Notes under the pieces: generated by a model | The model's database searches: none | The model's input: only the letters and a program-made list of their open reading frames with translations | Told to the model about the DNA's origin: nothing | Shown here: positions 11,529-21,148 of the stretch, piece after piece | How positions within the stretch are numbered: the first letter of the stretch is position 1 | How the letters are laid out: each line of letters starts with the position of its first letter | Program-made: the position numbers and the translations under genes | From: an uncultured Candidatus Saccharimonadales bacterium | Lineage (GTDB): Bacteria; Patescibacteriota; Saccharimonadia; UBA4664 | Direction of reading: 5' to 3' | DNA length: 64,000 bases | Assembly (NCBI GenBank): GCA_964609585.1 | Contig: CAZSRA010000001.1 | Coordinates: 45,816-109,815 of the forward strand

Positions 11529-13838
11529 ATGCTTAGTTTTAGAAGACGGCTTGGGATGGTCGGACTGGCGGCAGCTCTCGTAGTGGGCTTGCTGCCGGTG
11601 CCGGTTGGGGCAAGCATTGATTCGTGTGGCGCGTCGATCTCGCCGTCGTCGATGGGGCCGGGGACCGATACGGTCATTAATGTGCAGGTGATGAATGTAT
11701 CGGGTCCGACGATGGTATGGGTGCAGATTGTGCGGCCAAATAGCGATTATACGATTAGTGGAGCTACGCTAGACGGCTGGAGCGGGAACGTGTCGGCTAA
11801 TGCGGTGGTGTTTACGGGTGGAACTTTGGATGGGGACGGCCGGATGACGGCTCAGCTAACGGTGCATGCGGTGGCTTGGCAGAGCGCGCCGGCCAACTGG
11901 ACGGTGCGGGCTTCGGATAGCACGTTTGGGGCGAGCGCATTGGATTGCACCGGCTCACGGTCGACGACGATTCAGACTTACTTATCGCCGGATAATCAGG
12001 GAGCGGGTATTTCGGCGGTAACAGCGCAGCCGACGGCTACAACGGCAGTGGTGCGTTGGCATAGTGATGTGCCAACGGGATCTGGTGTGGCGTACGGTAC
12101 GACGAGTGATTATAGCTCGAGTTCGCCGTACGATTCGACCCTGGTGACGGATCATGCGGTGACGCTTGGAGGACTGGAGCCGGCTACTGGCTATCATTTT
12201 CAAGTGGCAGGACTTGATGATGGGAATGCGCCGTATTATTCGGGAGATAACACATTTTTGACTGCGGTGGCTCCGCCGAGCGGAGGCGGCGGATCGAGCG
12301 GGGGAGGCGGGAGTTCGGCCAATGCTGGAGGGGCCACAAACCCTACCAAGGTTGTGACGAGTGGCCTGACAGCACCGCGCGGGACCATTGCGATTAGCCA
12401 GGCGCCGACTGAGGTAGTGCCACCAACAGTGGTGGTAACTACGAGCATGGCCCGGCCTTTTACGGTGGATCCGGTGATTACGGGCGCAGCGGGTGATAAT
12501 GTGGCGGTGGCGAGGATAGATTACTCGCTTGATGGTGGGAAGAGCTGGATTGTGGTGCCGAGTCCGTCTGGGCTGGGCACGAAGCGAGTGGTTTTTACCT
12601 TTACGGCAGCAGGGCTCGATGATGCCAATTATATTCTGGTGGTAAGGGCCACCGATACTTCGGGAAATATTGCTACCACGGCACCTGCGACGCTGGTGGT
12701 AGACCGGGAGCCGCCACGGATCGGGGCGGAGCTGGTGTCGTTTGGGTCACAGGTAGCCTCACTGGACGGGGCGGGACAGCAGCATGCGGCCGTGGGAGTA
12801 GACCAGATGGTGACATTAAATGCTGTAGGAGGGCCGGTAACAATAACGATTGGCGCGACTCGAATTGGGGCTACACGGTTTGGGCAGAGCTTTTCTTTGC
12901 GCCATGATTTGGATAGTGGTTTGTGGTCGGGAGTGTTGGCGTTTAGTGCCGCGGGGACCTACCGGCTGGTGGTGACGGCGGTAGACGGGGCGGGTAATCA
13001 GACGGTTCGGAGTTTGTCGGACGTGGTGGTGAGCGCACCGGCACGGGTGGTGGGGGCAGAGCATGGGCGAGCCTTGGCCGGAGCTCGGGTGACGTTGTAT
13101 TCATTTCTCGCAGCTTCAAGCCAATGGGTGGAATGGGACGGTGGGGCTTATGGAGAGGCCAATCCGCTCCATACTAAGGTTGACGGGACGTTTGCAATGC
13201 TGGCGCCGGTAGGCAAGTACTACTTGAAGGTTGAGGCGCCAGGGTATCAGACGCTGGTAACTCAGGAATTTAGCGTGAATCATGCGACGGCGCTGGTACC
13301 AATTTTGCGACTGGCGGCTACGCCGCTGCTGCATCTGGGAAGCTGGTCGTGGCCACTGCCAGGCATAACATTGTCGCAGACGCGAGTGTCGGCTGAGGGC
13401 GTGACGAACGCAACAAACGCGGTCAGTTCTGCCTCGGAGGGTGGGCGTTTGCCGACTTTTCGACTGCCGACAACGGCTGATGGTACGGATACTCCGGTGG
13501 GACTTCAGGGTAAACCTACACTGATAACAATGCTTGCAACCTGGGCGCCTACTACGGCTGAGCAATTGCCGGCTTTGGCCGAGCTTGGTAAATCCCGGAG
13601 TGACGTAAATGTGGTGCCGCTTTATCTGGGTGAGCGGTTGGGTAAGGTGCAAACGACCCTTGCCCAGGCGGGTTACGACCTAGTCGCTATGGTAGATACC
13701 CAGGCATTGCTTGGGGACGAGCTGGGTGTACCGAACGTACCGAAGCACTATTTTGTGGATAGTAATGGCAAGGTGATGGCGAGCTATGTGGGTGTTCTAT
13801 CGGCCAAAGAGCTTGCGGACCGATTGAGCGGATTGTAG
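11529..13838 (+). CDS. Secreted Fn3/Ig-like + carboxypeptidase-regulatory-like + Cys-less TlpA/thioredoxin-fold protein (copy 1)
   Basis: Signal peptide; purple-acid-phosphatase-N/Fn3-like segment (HAVTLGGLEPATGYHF); Ig domains; C-terminal GKPTLITMLATWAPTT...VPKHYFVDSNG. Confidence 0.75.
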   Translation: MLSFRRRLGMVGLAAALVVGLLPVPVGASIDSCGASISPSSMGPGTDTVINVQVMNVSGPTMVWVQIVRPNSDYTISGATLDGWSGNVSANAVVFTGGTLDGDGRMTAQLTVHAVAWQSAPANWTVRASDSTFGASALDCTGSRSTTIQTYLSPDNQGAGISAVTAQPTATTAVVRWHSDVPTGSGVAYGTTSDYSSSSPYDSTLVTDHAVTLGGLEPATGYHFQVAGLDDGNAPYYSGDNTFLTAVAPPSGGGGSSGGGGSSANAGGATNPTKVVTSGLTAPRGTIAISQAPTEVVPPTVVVTTSMARPFTVDPVITGAAGDNVAVARIDYSLDGGKSWIVVPSPSGLGTKRVVFTFTAAGLDDANYILVVRATDTSGNIATTAPATLVVDREPPRIGAELVSFGSQVASLDGAGQQHAAVGVDQMVTLNAVGGPVTITIGATRIGATRFGQSFSLRHDLDSGLWSGVLAFSAAGTYRLVVTAVDGAGNQTVRSLSDVVVSAPARVVGAEHGRALAGARVTLYSFLAASSQWVEWDGGAYGEANPLHTKVDGTFAMLAPVGKYYLKVEAPGYQTLVTQEFSVNHATALVPILRLAATPLLHLGSWSWPLPGITLSQTRVSAEGVTNATNAVSSASEGGRLPTFRLPTTADGTDTPVGLQGKPTLITMLATWAPTTAEQLPALAELGKSRSDVNVVPLYLGERLGKVQTTLAQAGYDLVAMVDTQALLGDELGVPNVPKHYFVDSNGKVMASYVGVLSAKELADRLSGL

Positions 13839-13850
13839 AAAGTTTGTTTT

Positions 13851-14534
13851 TTAAGCGCTTGGAGTAGTGGACGGAGGCGTGACGGTTGGCGCTTCGGTGA
13901 CTGGAGCTTGAGCGGGTGCGGGCATAGCTGCGGGTGCAGTTGGTGCCACTGCTGGAATAGCGGCGGGTGCTGCGGCCTCTGACGGCGGCGTAGCAGGAGC
14001 TGCTGGGGCTGTTGCCGGAGCGGCGGGTGTGGGCGTCGAAGGAATTGCGGGTGCTGCCGGAGTGGTGGGTGCTGGAGCTGTTGCTGCCGGCACTGCAGGA
14101 GTGGGTACGGCAGCGGGAGCTGCTGCCGGCGCGGTTGTTGCGGCCGGAGCCGGAGCCGCGGCACTGGCGGTTAAGACTTCTTTAACGATACTTGCCACAT
14201 CTTTGGGGTCGTGTTCACTTTTAATGATGTATTTGACGGCACCTTTGGCAATGGCGGATTCAGCGTCTTGTTGACCGGCGAGGTTGGTGAGCATAATAAC
14301 GGGAGTGGCCTTGAGTTTGGGGTCGGCTTTGACCTGCTCGAGAGCAGCAAGGCCGTTTAGCCGGGGCATCATGACGTCTAGAATCATGAGAGTCGGTGGA
14401 TTTTCGCGAGCTTTGTCGAGGGCATCTTGGCCGTCAACGGCCATTTGGACTTGGTAGCCTTCGAAATTGAAAACTTTTTCGTAAAGGCGAGCCATCATTG
14501 GGTCATCTTCTGCGATAAGGATGCGTGTAATCAT
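13851..14534 (-). CDS. Single-domain response regulator (receiver) with Pro/Ala/Thr-rich tail
   Basis: ILIAEDD, LDVMMPRLNG, IMLTN, GAVKYIIK. ATG 14534 is chosen because TACAAT lies 6 nt upstream. Confidence 0.9.
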   Translation of the reverse strand: MITRILIAEDDPMMARLYEKVFNFEGYQVQMAVDGQDALDKARENPPTLMILDVMMPRLNGLAALEQVKADPKLKATPVIMLTNLAGQQDAESAIAKGAVKYIIKSEHDPKDVASIVKEVLTASAAAPAPAATTAPAAAPAAVPTPAVPAATAPAPTTPAAPAIPSTPTPAAPATAPAAPATPPSEAAAPAAIPAVAPTAPAAMPAPAQAPVTEAPTVTPPSTTPSA

Positions 14535-14565
14535 GGCTTGATTGTACCTCATATTTTAGGAGTTA

Positions 14566-16152
14566 TTAATGGAGTTGGCGAGAAATTTGGCTGGCAAGGG
14601 CAAAAACGGGAATTGTGATTACGAGCAGGGCAAGCGATGCGCCGATAAAAGTGAGGCCAACAGCGCTTTTGGCGCTACTTAGCACCACGTCTTGGGGCTG
14701 GCCGACAAAGAGCATGCCGACAACGGTATTATTAATGTTTTTGAGTGGTAGGTACACGGATAAATAGGGTTGGCCCGCGATAGTAAAGATGCCTTTGGAG
14801 ATTTGGCCGTGTTTGATGGTGGTATCGAGTACTTGAGCGTGCGTTTCCTTGGTGCCGATGGAGCGCGAAACACCATCTAGCTCGGTGAGGGTGCTGGCGG
14901 CTCTAATGGTGCCGCTATAAACGGCGCTGTCAAGACCGGTTTTGTGTTTGAGGCCGTCGGCGAAGGCGTTGTCGAGTGCTAGGCTTACCAGGGCGGTGCC
15001 AATGATCTGGCCATTTTGTTTGATGGGGCTGGCGGTGGTGATGACGAGGGTGGGGGCGAGGGCGCCGGAATGGGCGGCGAAGCTGGAGTTGGTAGCGTTG
15101 TTTAGGGCTCGCTGTACCAGTGGGTCGTTTGAAAGTGAGTCGCCGGAGCGCTCAGGATCGGAGGCGCGGGACAAGATTCTGCCGGCGTCGTCGGTGATGA
15201 TGACCTCAGAGAGCTGTTTATTTATGAGGAGGCTACCGGTGATGTTCGTAAGTGCGGTGTGATCGTGGGCGGTGGTGGCGGCGATTGTTGCGGGGTCGCT
15301 TGCTAGAACTTCGGCATTGGTGCGGGTGTCGGCGGTTTTGCTATCGACGGCGTAGCTGAGAACTTTGCTGGTGGTTTCGAGGCTTGCGAGCGAATCGCGC
15401 TGGAGACTGCTTAGCAGGAGGGCGGAAACGCTGGTGGTGGCCGTTAGAACGATGGCGAAGGTGAGACTTGTGATGGTGAGGAATAACTGGCCGAGGAGGC
15501 GTTTGGTGAGATAACGCCAGACCCAGCGGGCAAGGAGGGCGGAACCAACGAGAATGGCCAGGTGTTCTAGTATCCAAAAAGGGCCGAAAACGGTAATGAA
15601 TGGCTGGAGGAGGGGATTACTACTGGTGCTCCAAAGTTGCGAGACGGCGAAGCTGTCGGAGAGCGTGAACGTGAGAAAAACGACAGCCAGGGGCTTTAAA
15701 TGTCGTTCAAGGCCGCGGGTGGCAATGCGCCAGTAGACGAGGCTTGTTGTGAAAGCGGCGATAGGTAAGAGGCTGGTGAGGCCGGTAGTGACTTGGGGCG
15801 GGATGATGGCGGCTGGAATCCAAGCTGGGGACGGGGTGTAGCCAGTGGTTTTGGGGCGGGGTTGAAGCGGGACAATGAGATTTCCGGTGATAATGCCGAT
15901 GTAGCCGGCAAACTTGAGCAGGTTTGCGATGAGGCCGATAAGACCAGGATTTCCCCAGGTGGCTCCGTTCATGAGGAAACCGGCGGCGAGTAATAGAAAA
16001 CCGCCACCTTTCGTGATCTCGGTGAGGTGGCGACGTTCGACCCAGGCATCCAGAAACAGCCAGGCGGCGGAGAGGCAGGCAAGAGCTGCGAATAAGTTGA
16101 TGCCGAAATGAAGGCTTTGGCCAATGAATTGGACAGAGATGACGTCTGGCAT
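14566..16152 (-). CDS. Multi-TM membrane protein with double-Cache-like domain and no output domain (copy 1)
   Basis: About 7 N-terminal TM segments; Cache-like motifs ITDDAGRILSRA and YLPLKNINNTVVGMLFVG; final TM then stop (SRQLH). Confidence 0.75.
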   Translation of the reverse strand: MPDVISVQFIGQSLHFGINLFAALACLSAAWLFLDAWVERRHLTEITKGGGFLLLAAGFLMNGATWGNPGLIGLIANLLKFAGYIGIITGNLIVPLQPRPKTTGYTPSPAWIPAAIIPPQVTTGLTSLLPIAAFTTSLVYWRIATRGLERHLKPLAVVFLTFTLSDSFAVSQLWSTSSNPLLQPFITVFGPFWILEHLAILVGSALLARWVWRYLTKRLLGQLFLTITSLTFAIVLTATTSVSALLLSSLQRDSLASLETTSKVLSYAVDSKTADTRTNAEVLASDPATIAATTAHDHTALTNITGSLLINKQLSEVIITDDAGRILSRASDPERSGDSLSNDPLVQRALNNATNSSFAAHSGALAPTLVITTASPIKQNGQIIGTALVSLALDNAFADGLKHKTGLDSAVYSGTIRAASTLTELDGVSRSIGTKETHAQVLDTTIKHGQISKGIFTIAGQPYLSVYLPLKNINNTVVGMLFVGQPQDVVLSSAKSAVGLTFIGASLALLVITIPVFALASQISRQLH

Positions 16153-17072
16153 TATTGGGCTACAAGATAGTCATAGTTTAGGGCGGAACCGGTGGGGGCG
16201 GGAGAGTCGGTGTGAACCTGGAAACCGCTGGTGGTGCGCGTGATGTAGGCTGGCGTGCTGGCGGCGGCACCGGTGAGTGGGGTGAGCATGACATGCACGG
16301 TACTTGAGTAAGCGGCGCGGAAGGTGATGGTGCCGAGGACGCCAGCGGCGGTGCTCCCGCCAGTATTGAAGTTCAGGGTACCGGTAGTATCGTTGCCGCT
16401 GAGACTCACGGTGCCGCCAGCACCAACGGCGGCACCAGCGACAGCGCCGGGAGCAGCGCCTTGGGTTTGGAGGTGGCTAATGAGAAGCGGGCCGCTGATG
16501 GTGAGCGTATTCACGGCGATGGAGCTGGCATTGAGGGCATTTACACTGGTGGCGCCGGTGACGCTGAGATTGCCGTTGACGGCCGCAAGTCCGGTAACGC
16601 TTAAGCTCTTTTGAAAGGTGGCGAGGCCGGCTACAGTGAGATTTGAGCCGACGTTGAGTCCAGTGAGAGCAGTGGTGCCGGAAATGTTGAGCTCAGAGAG
16701 GGTGACAGGACCATTGGCATTGAAGTGGCCGCCCACACTGAGGTCCCCGCCAACATCGATTTTGCCGCGGAAGATGGTGTCGGCGCCGATGTTTAAGTTT
16801 TGCCCGTTGCTACCGAGGGTGGAGCCGACTTGGCTGAGCCGACTGAGCTCGGCTGGGGTGAGATTGGTGATAGAGGGAGTATTTGTTTTGGGGGCTGGTT
16901 GTTTACTTTTGGCATAAAAATAACCGACGGCGACGCCAATAACTATGAGAAACACGAAAAGCGCCGTGATACTGGCGGCTGTCGTGGCTCTGGCTTGGAG
17001 TTGGTTCCAGCGTGGTCCTTTCGGGCTTGCCTGTGGTTTTATAGGGTTTTGGGAAGGCGTGACTGGGGGCAT
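16152..17072 (-). CDS. Membrane-anchored beta-repeat fibre-like protein with tail-fibre-like C-terminal domain
   Basis: N-terminal TM; GDLSVGG/GNLSVTG repeats; C-terminal ITFRAAYSSTVHVMLTP...TTSGFQV. GAGGA precedes ATG 17072. Confidence 0.6.
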   Translation of the reverse strand: MPPVTPSQNPIKPQASPKGPRWNQLQARATTAASITALFVFLIVIGVAVGYFYAKSKQPAPKTNTPSITNLTPAELSRLSQVGSTLGSNGQNLNIGADTIFRGKIDVGGDLSVGGHFNANGPVTLSELNISGTTALTGLNVGSNLTVAGLATFQKSLSVTGLAAVNGNLSVTGATSVNALNASSIAVNTLTISGPLLISHLQTQGAAPGAVAGAAVGAGGTVSLSGNDTTGTLNFNTGGSTAAGVLGTITFRAAYSSTVHVMLTPLTGAAASTPAYITRTTSGFQVHTDSPAPTGSALNYDYLVAQ

Positions 17073-17200
17073 AGTTCCTCGAACCAATTGATGATTGTAG
17101 GCATTATAACGCTTATGCCTGGCTGATGCTATTTAAGCTGAGCCAAGCCAAGCATGAGCGGATTTGCGAAATGTGTTCTAATGCGCCAAGATGATACTTA

Positions 17201-18019
17201 ATGAGACGATGGAATCGCCAGGTTGTGATTGTTGTGGCCCTATGTTTGGGGGTTTCGGGTATGGCTCATGCGACGCTGGGTGATCCGACTTCAACGTCGA
17301 CGAGTTATAAGGTCGTGGAAAGCGAGATAGGTGGAAGTGGCTGCGCAAATAAGACTGTTCCAGCTTGCGGCGGTTCGACCTCGTATTCGCTCGACCCGAA
17401 TGTGGATGATGGCGGTTCGACGTTGGGTGATACGGCTGTTGGAAACTCGAGTTCGACGAGTTATCAGACGAACAGCGGCTTTGATACTACGGCGCAACCG
17501 GGGCTTACAATGACAGTAAGCGGGACGCCTGCGGACTTGGGGGCGCTTTCGACGTCTGCGGCGAGTACTGCGACAGCGACTTTTAATGTTAAGAACTATA
17601 CGGCTTGGGGTTATGCAGTGCAGATCATAGGTTCGCCCCCGACCAACAGTGGACATGCGCTAACAGCTATGACGACAACTTCATATGGTGATGCTTCGGT
17701 AAATAATACGGAGCAGTTTGGACTGAACCTTGTGCACAATACGAGCCCAGTGGCTGTAGGGACTAATCCGGCTCAGATACCAAGCAGTTCGTTTAGCTAT
17801 GGCGTAGCAGGAGATGGCGCAACTGGGACATTTGGTACTAACCGGCCATATACCGTCGATGGACGATACCGGTTTGTGTCGGGGGAGACTGTGGCGAGTG
17901 CGCCAAAGTCTTCAGGTGAGACGGATTATACGATAACGTTTTTAGCGAATATGGGGCCGACAACGCCGGGTGGTAAATATAGTGGAGCATTGCAAATTGT
18001 GGCAACGGGGACTTATTGA
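17201..18019 (+). CDS. Secreted WxL-like/pilin-like subunit (paralog 1)
   Basis: Signal peptide AHA; EQFGLNL; C-terminus GGKYSGALQIVATGTY. Confidence 0.65.
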   Translation: MRRWNRQVVIVVALCLGVSGMAHATLGDPTSTSTSYKVVESEIGGSGCANKTVPACGGSTSYSLDPNVDDGGSTLGDTAVGNSSSTSYQTNSGFDTTAQPGLTMTVSGTPADLGALSTSAASTATATFNVKNYTAWGYAVQIIGSPPTNSGHALTAMTTTSYGDASVNNTEQFGLNLVHNTSPVAVGTNPAQIPSSSFSYGVAGDGATGTFGTNRPYTVDGRYRFVSGETVASAPKSSGETDYTITFLANMGPTTPGGKYSGALQIVATGTY

Positions 18020-18045
18020 CGCGTTTATAATGCTTATGTTAGGCT
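18016..18045 (+). promoter_or_regulatory. Sigma70-type promoter for 18104 gene
   Basis: TTGACG (18016-18021), 18 nt, TAGGCT (18040-18045) with an extended TG. Confidence 0.55.
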
Positions 18046-18103
18046 GACTGTAGTTATTGCGTAGATGGCTGTAAAAGCGTAAGGGTAAAGGAAAACTGAG
18101 ACA

Positions 18104-19234
18104 ATGAATAAGAGAGAGATTTTAAGAGCTCACTATATCGGGTTGCTGAGAAAGGCGATGAACTGGGCTGGGCTTTTTGCCTTACTCTCTACGACACTCA
18201 TGGCGAGCCCGGTGAGTGCTACGGCTGGTGTGCTTGGCACAAGGAGTTCTACGCTCAACAACTCAAAGGGTGCGGCAACAAACGTTACGTCCACATTTCT
18301 TGTGACTCCTGGTACGAGCGCAACAATTAAGGGTGTGAAGTTTTCTTTGTGTACTTCGCCGCTTCTGTCTGTCTCATGTGCATCACCCGCAGGAGCGACT
18401 CTGGCTGCTGCTACGGCTGGATCGCAGCTAAAGAATGCTGGTGCTATCACAAACCCCTACGCTAGCCCGGCATACACAAGCACGACCGATGTGTGTTTTA
18501 CGAACGCTACCGGTAACGCTTTTAACGGCTCGTCGGACACGTTTACTTTTCCGCTTCAGGTTATAAGCTTGCCAACAGCCGTAAATACTCAGTTCTACTT
18601 CCGTGAGCAAACGTTCTCTAGTGCTGACTGTACCACGACTGCAGTTGACTTTGGTGGCTTTGCCGAGTCGACAACTCAGCAGCTTTCTGTGACAGCGAGC
18701 GTTCAAGAAAACTTGGCATTTTGTGTAGGTAACGCGAACCCTTCAGGTACATGTGCATCGATTGGGACTGGTACTGTAACCTTAAGCCCATCTGTTATGA
18801 CAACGAGCGCTCCGTCGATTGGTAACGCTTGGATGATGGTAACGACCAATGCTGGTACAGGTTATGTCATTACGTATAACGCAACTTCGTTTACTGATAC
18901 GACCTCCGATACCATCACAGCTGCTCCATCGGGTGGAGCTGCCCTTGGAGCAGGCGGCAGTGAACAGTTTGGCTTCAACTTGGTGGCAAACTCGGGTGGT
19001 AACTTCGGAACGTTCGGTGCTGCGCCAACGAACAGTGGTGCCGCAACGAGCCCCTATGGCACTAACAACCAGGTGGCCTATAACACTGCGGGCGCTACGC
19101 AGGTTGCGAGCTTTGGTAGCCCGACCGCGAGTCCGCAGACCTACACCATCTCATACGGTGCTAACGTAGCAGCTACTACTAAGGCTGGTGTTTACACATC
19201 GACGCAGACGTTTATCGCGACCGGCACTTTTTAA
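18104..19234 (+). CDS. Secreted WxL-like/pilin-like subunit (paralog 2, candidate major subunit)
   Basis: Signal peptide; Cys pairs; EQFGFNL; C-terminus AGVYTSTQTFIATGTF; has its own promoter and terminator. Confidence 0.7.
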   Translation: MNKREILRAHYIGLLRKAMNWAGLFALLSTTLMASPVSATAGVLGTRSSTLNNSKGAATNVTSTFLVTPGTSATIKGVKFSLCTSPLLSVSCASPAGATLAAATAGSQLKNAGAITNPYASPAYTSTTDVCFTNATGNAFNGSSDTFTFPLQVISLPTAVNTQFYFREQTFSSADCTTTAVDFGGFAESTTQQLSVTASVQENLAFCVGNANPSGTCASIGTGTVTLSPSVMTTSAPSIGNAWMMVTTNAGTGYVITYNATSFTDTTSDTITAAPSGGAALGAGGSEQFGFNLVANSGGNFGTFGAAPTNSGAATSPYGTNNQVAYNTAGATQVASFGSPTASPQTYTISYGANVAATTKAGVYTSTQTFIATGTF

Positions 19235-19247
19235 CCACTCGTCTTTC

Positions 19248-19281
19248 AAATACACGCACTTGGAATGGTGCGTGTATTTTT
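19248..19281 (+). terminator. Intrinsic terminator
   Basis: AAATACACGCAC-TTGGAATG-GTGCGTGTATTTTT. Confidence 0.85.
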
Positions 19282-19296
19282 AATCAGGAGAGAGAT

Positions 19297-21057
19297 ATGA
19301 AGCAATTTATCCGTTTCAGGAGTCGCACGAAAAAATCGCTTGCTGTGGTCGCAACATTGGTGATTGAAATGGGTAGCTTGTTTCTGCCAGCAATGTCAGG
19401 GGTTGCTCAGGCGTCGCCTAGTATTACTGAGTATTCTGTTCCGACAGCTAGCGCCACGCCGGAGGGGATAACATTTGGTCCTGACGGGGCTTCTTGGTTT
19501 GTAGAATACAGCGGTAATAACATCGGACGTATTGATGCGGATGGTTCTGTTGTAGAATATGCGATCCCGACAAGCGGTGCTAACCCTTACAGTATTACGA
19601 CTGGGCCAGATAATGCTCTTTGGTTTACGGAATTTAGCAGCGGCAAAATTGGACGTATCACTACGTCGGGTACTATAACGGAGTTTTCAATCCCTTCGAG
19701 CACCCCGCGGCCGTATGGTATCGCCACTGGGCCCGATGGGGCTTTGTGGTTTACTGAGACCAACGCAGGAAAAATCGGGCGAATTACTACTTCGGGTAAT
19801 ATTACTGAGTTTAGTATTACGGGTAGTTTGACTCTTGTTCCGACTGGCATTGCTTCCGGTTCAGACGGCGCTCTCTGGTTTGCAAATTATTCAGACAATA
19901 GCATTGGCCGCATCACGACGAATGGGGTGGTTACGATATACCATATTCCGTCGACTGCTCAAGGTGGAGCTACGACTGGACCTTACGAAATTACAAACGG
20001 ACCCGATGGCGCCTTATGGTTTAGCGAGCTTTCCAACGCGAATCACATTGGCAGGATTACTACTTCGGGTGTAATAACCGAATTTCCGATACCGACATCA
20101 TCTGCATACCCTCTAGGGATTACGGTGGGATCGGATGGGGCTCTATGGTTTACTGAACTCGCAGGAAATAAAATTGGTCATATAACGACTTCGGGTGATG
20201 TGACTGAGATTTCAGTACCGACGGATGGTGCTGAGCCGGCTGAGATTACGGCGGGAGCTAATGGTTCGTTATGGTTTACGGAGGACACCGGAAAGATCGG
20301 TTATATCTCTACTGCACCAGTTGCATCATCTGCTCCGACTGGTTTGAGCGCTGTAACTCCTACAAATAATGCTCCGGTTCTAACTTGGAACTCGGTACCT
20401 ACGGCTGCGAGCTACCAGGTGTGGCGGCAGGATACTTTGACTGGCTTGACGGTGGAGGCGGCATCTAATGTGGCGACGAATAATTTCACGGATGTGTATT
20501 CGCCGGGCGTCTACAATTATACGGTGGTGGCTGTGAATGGTGCCGGGGCAATGAGCGCGCCGTCGACGGCTTTTCAGGTGGCGGTTACGAATACGGCAGC
20601 GACAAACTCACGCAATCTTATGGCCCAGGGTCAGTCCCAGGTGCTACCTGCTTTTGGTAGGGACATTTTGCCTGGTTTGGCTTCTGGTAATGCAATTCAA
20701 GCTTCGTTTGACTTTGATTTGGGGTATCCGGGTGGTGTGTTTACGGTAACTCGTCCACTTACTTTTACGTTTAATGCTGGTGGACACACGTTGTTCATTG
20801 CTGCAACAAGCTCCGATTGGTTGGTGATAAATGGTGCGAATAACGCTCAAGGGACATTCCAGGGGGTTGCTAGGGTTGATCTTGATAATGTGACGACGGC
20901 TGGACTGCCTTACACGGTGACGGCGGTGGATGGTATGCAGGCTGGGGGCGGTGTGTCTAGTAGCTTTAAACTTACGGTTTTTGCCGATAGCTCTCGTTCT
21001 ACCGTTTTGTATTCGGTAAACGGACCGCTGACAAAAGGCAAGATTAAGGTGAATTAG
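19297..21057 (+). CDS. Secreted Vgb (virginiamycin B lyase-like) 7-bladed propeller + Fn3-like + C-terminal domain
   Basis: Seven GPDGALWFTE/IGRITTSG-type repeats; AGGAG SD; signal peptide AQA. Confidence 0.85.
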   Translation: MKQFIRFRSRTKKSLAVVATLVIEMGSLFLPAMSGVAQASPSITEYSVPTASATPEGITFGPDGASWFVEYSGNNIGRIDADGSVVEYAIPTSGANPYSITTGPDNALWFTEFSSGKIGRITTSGTITEFSIPSSTPRPYGIATGPDGALWFTETNAGKIGRITTSGNITEFSITGSLTLVPTGIASGSDGALWFANYSDNSIGRITTNGVVTIYHIPSTAQGGATTGPYEITNGPDGALWFSELSNANHIGRITTSGVITEFPIPTSSAYPLGITVGSDGALWFTELAGNKIGHITTSGDVTEISVPTDGAEPAEITAGANGSLWFTEDTGKIGYISTAPVASSAPTGLSAVTPTNNAPVLTWNSVPTAASYQVWRQDTLTGLTVEAASNVATNNFTDVYSPGVYNYTVVAVNGAGAMSAPSTAFQVAVTNTAATNSRNLMAQGQSQVLPAFGRDILPGLASGNAIQASFDFDLGYPGGVFTVTRPLTFTFNAGGHTLFIAATSSDWLVINGANNAQGTFQGVARVDLDNVTTAGLPYTVTAVDGMQAGGGVSSSFKLTVFADSSRSTVLYSVNGPLTKGKIKVN

Positions 21058-21148
21058 ACGCTCGTTTTGAGTATGAGGTTCGTTGACTGTTCTCACCTAG
21101 GCGCGTAGTATAAGCTTAAGCAATTTATATGAGCTTGTTTTGTAGATT

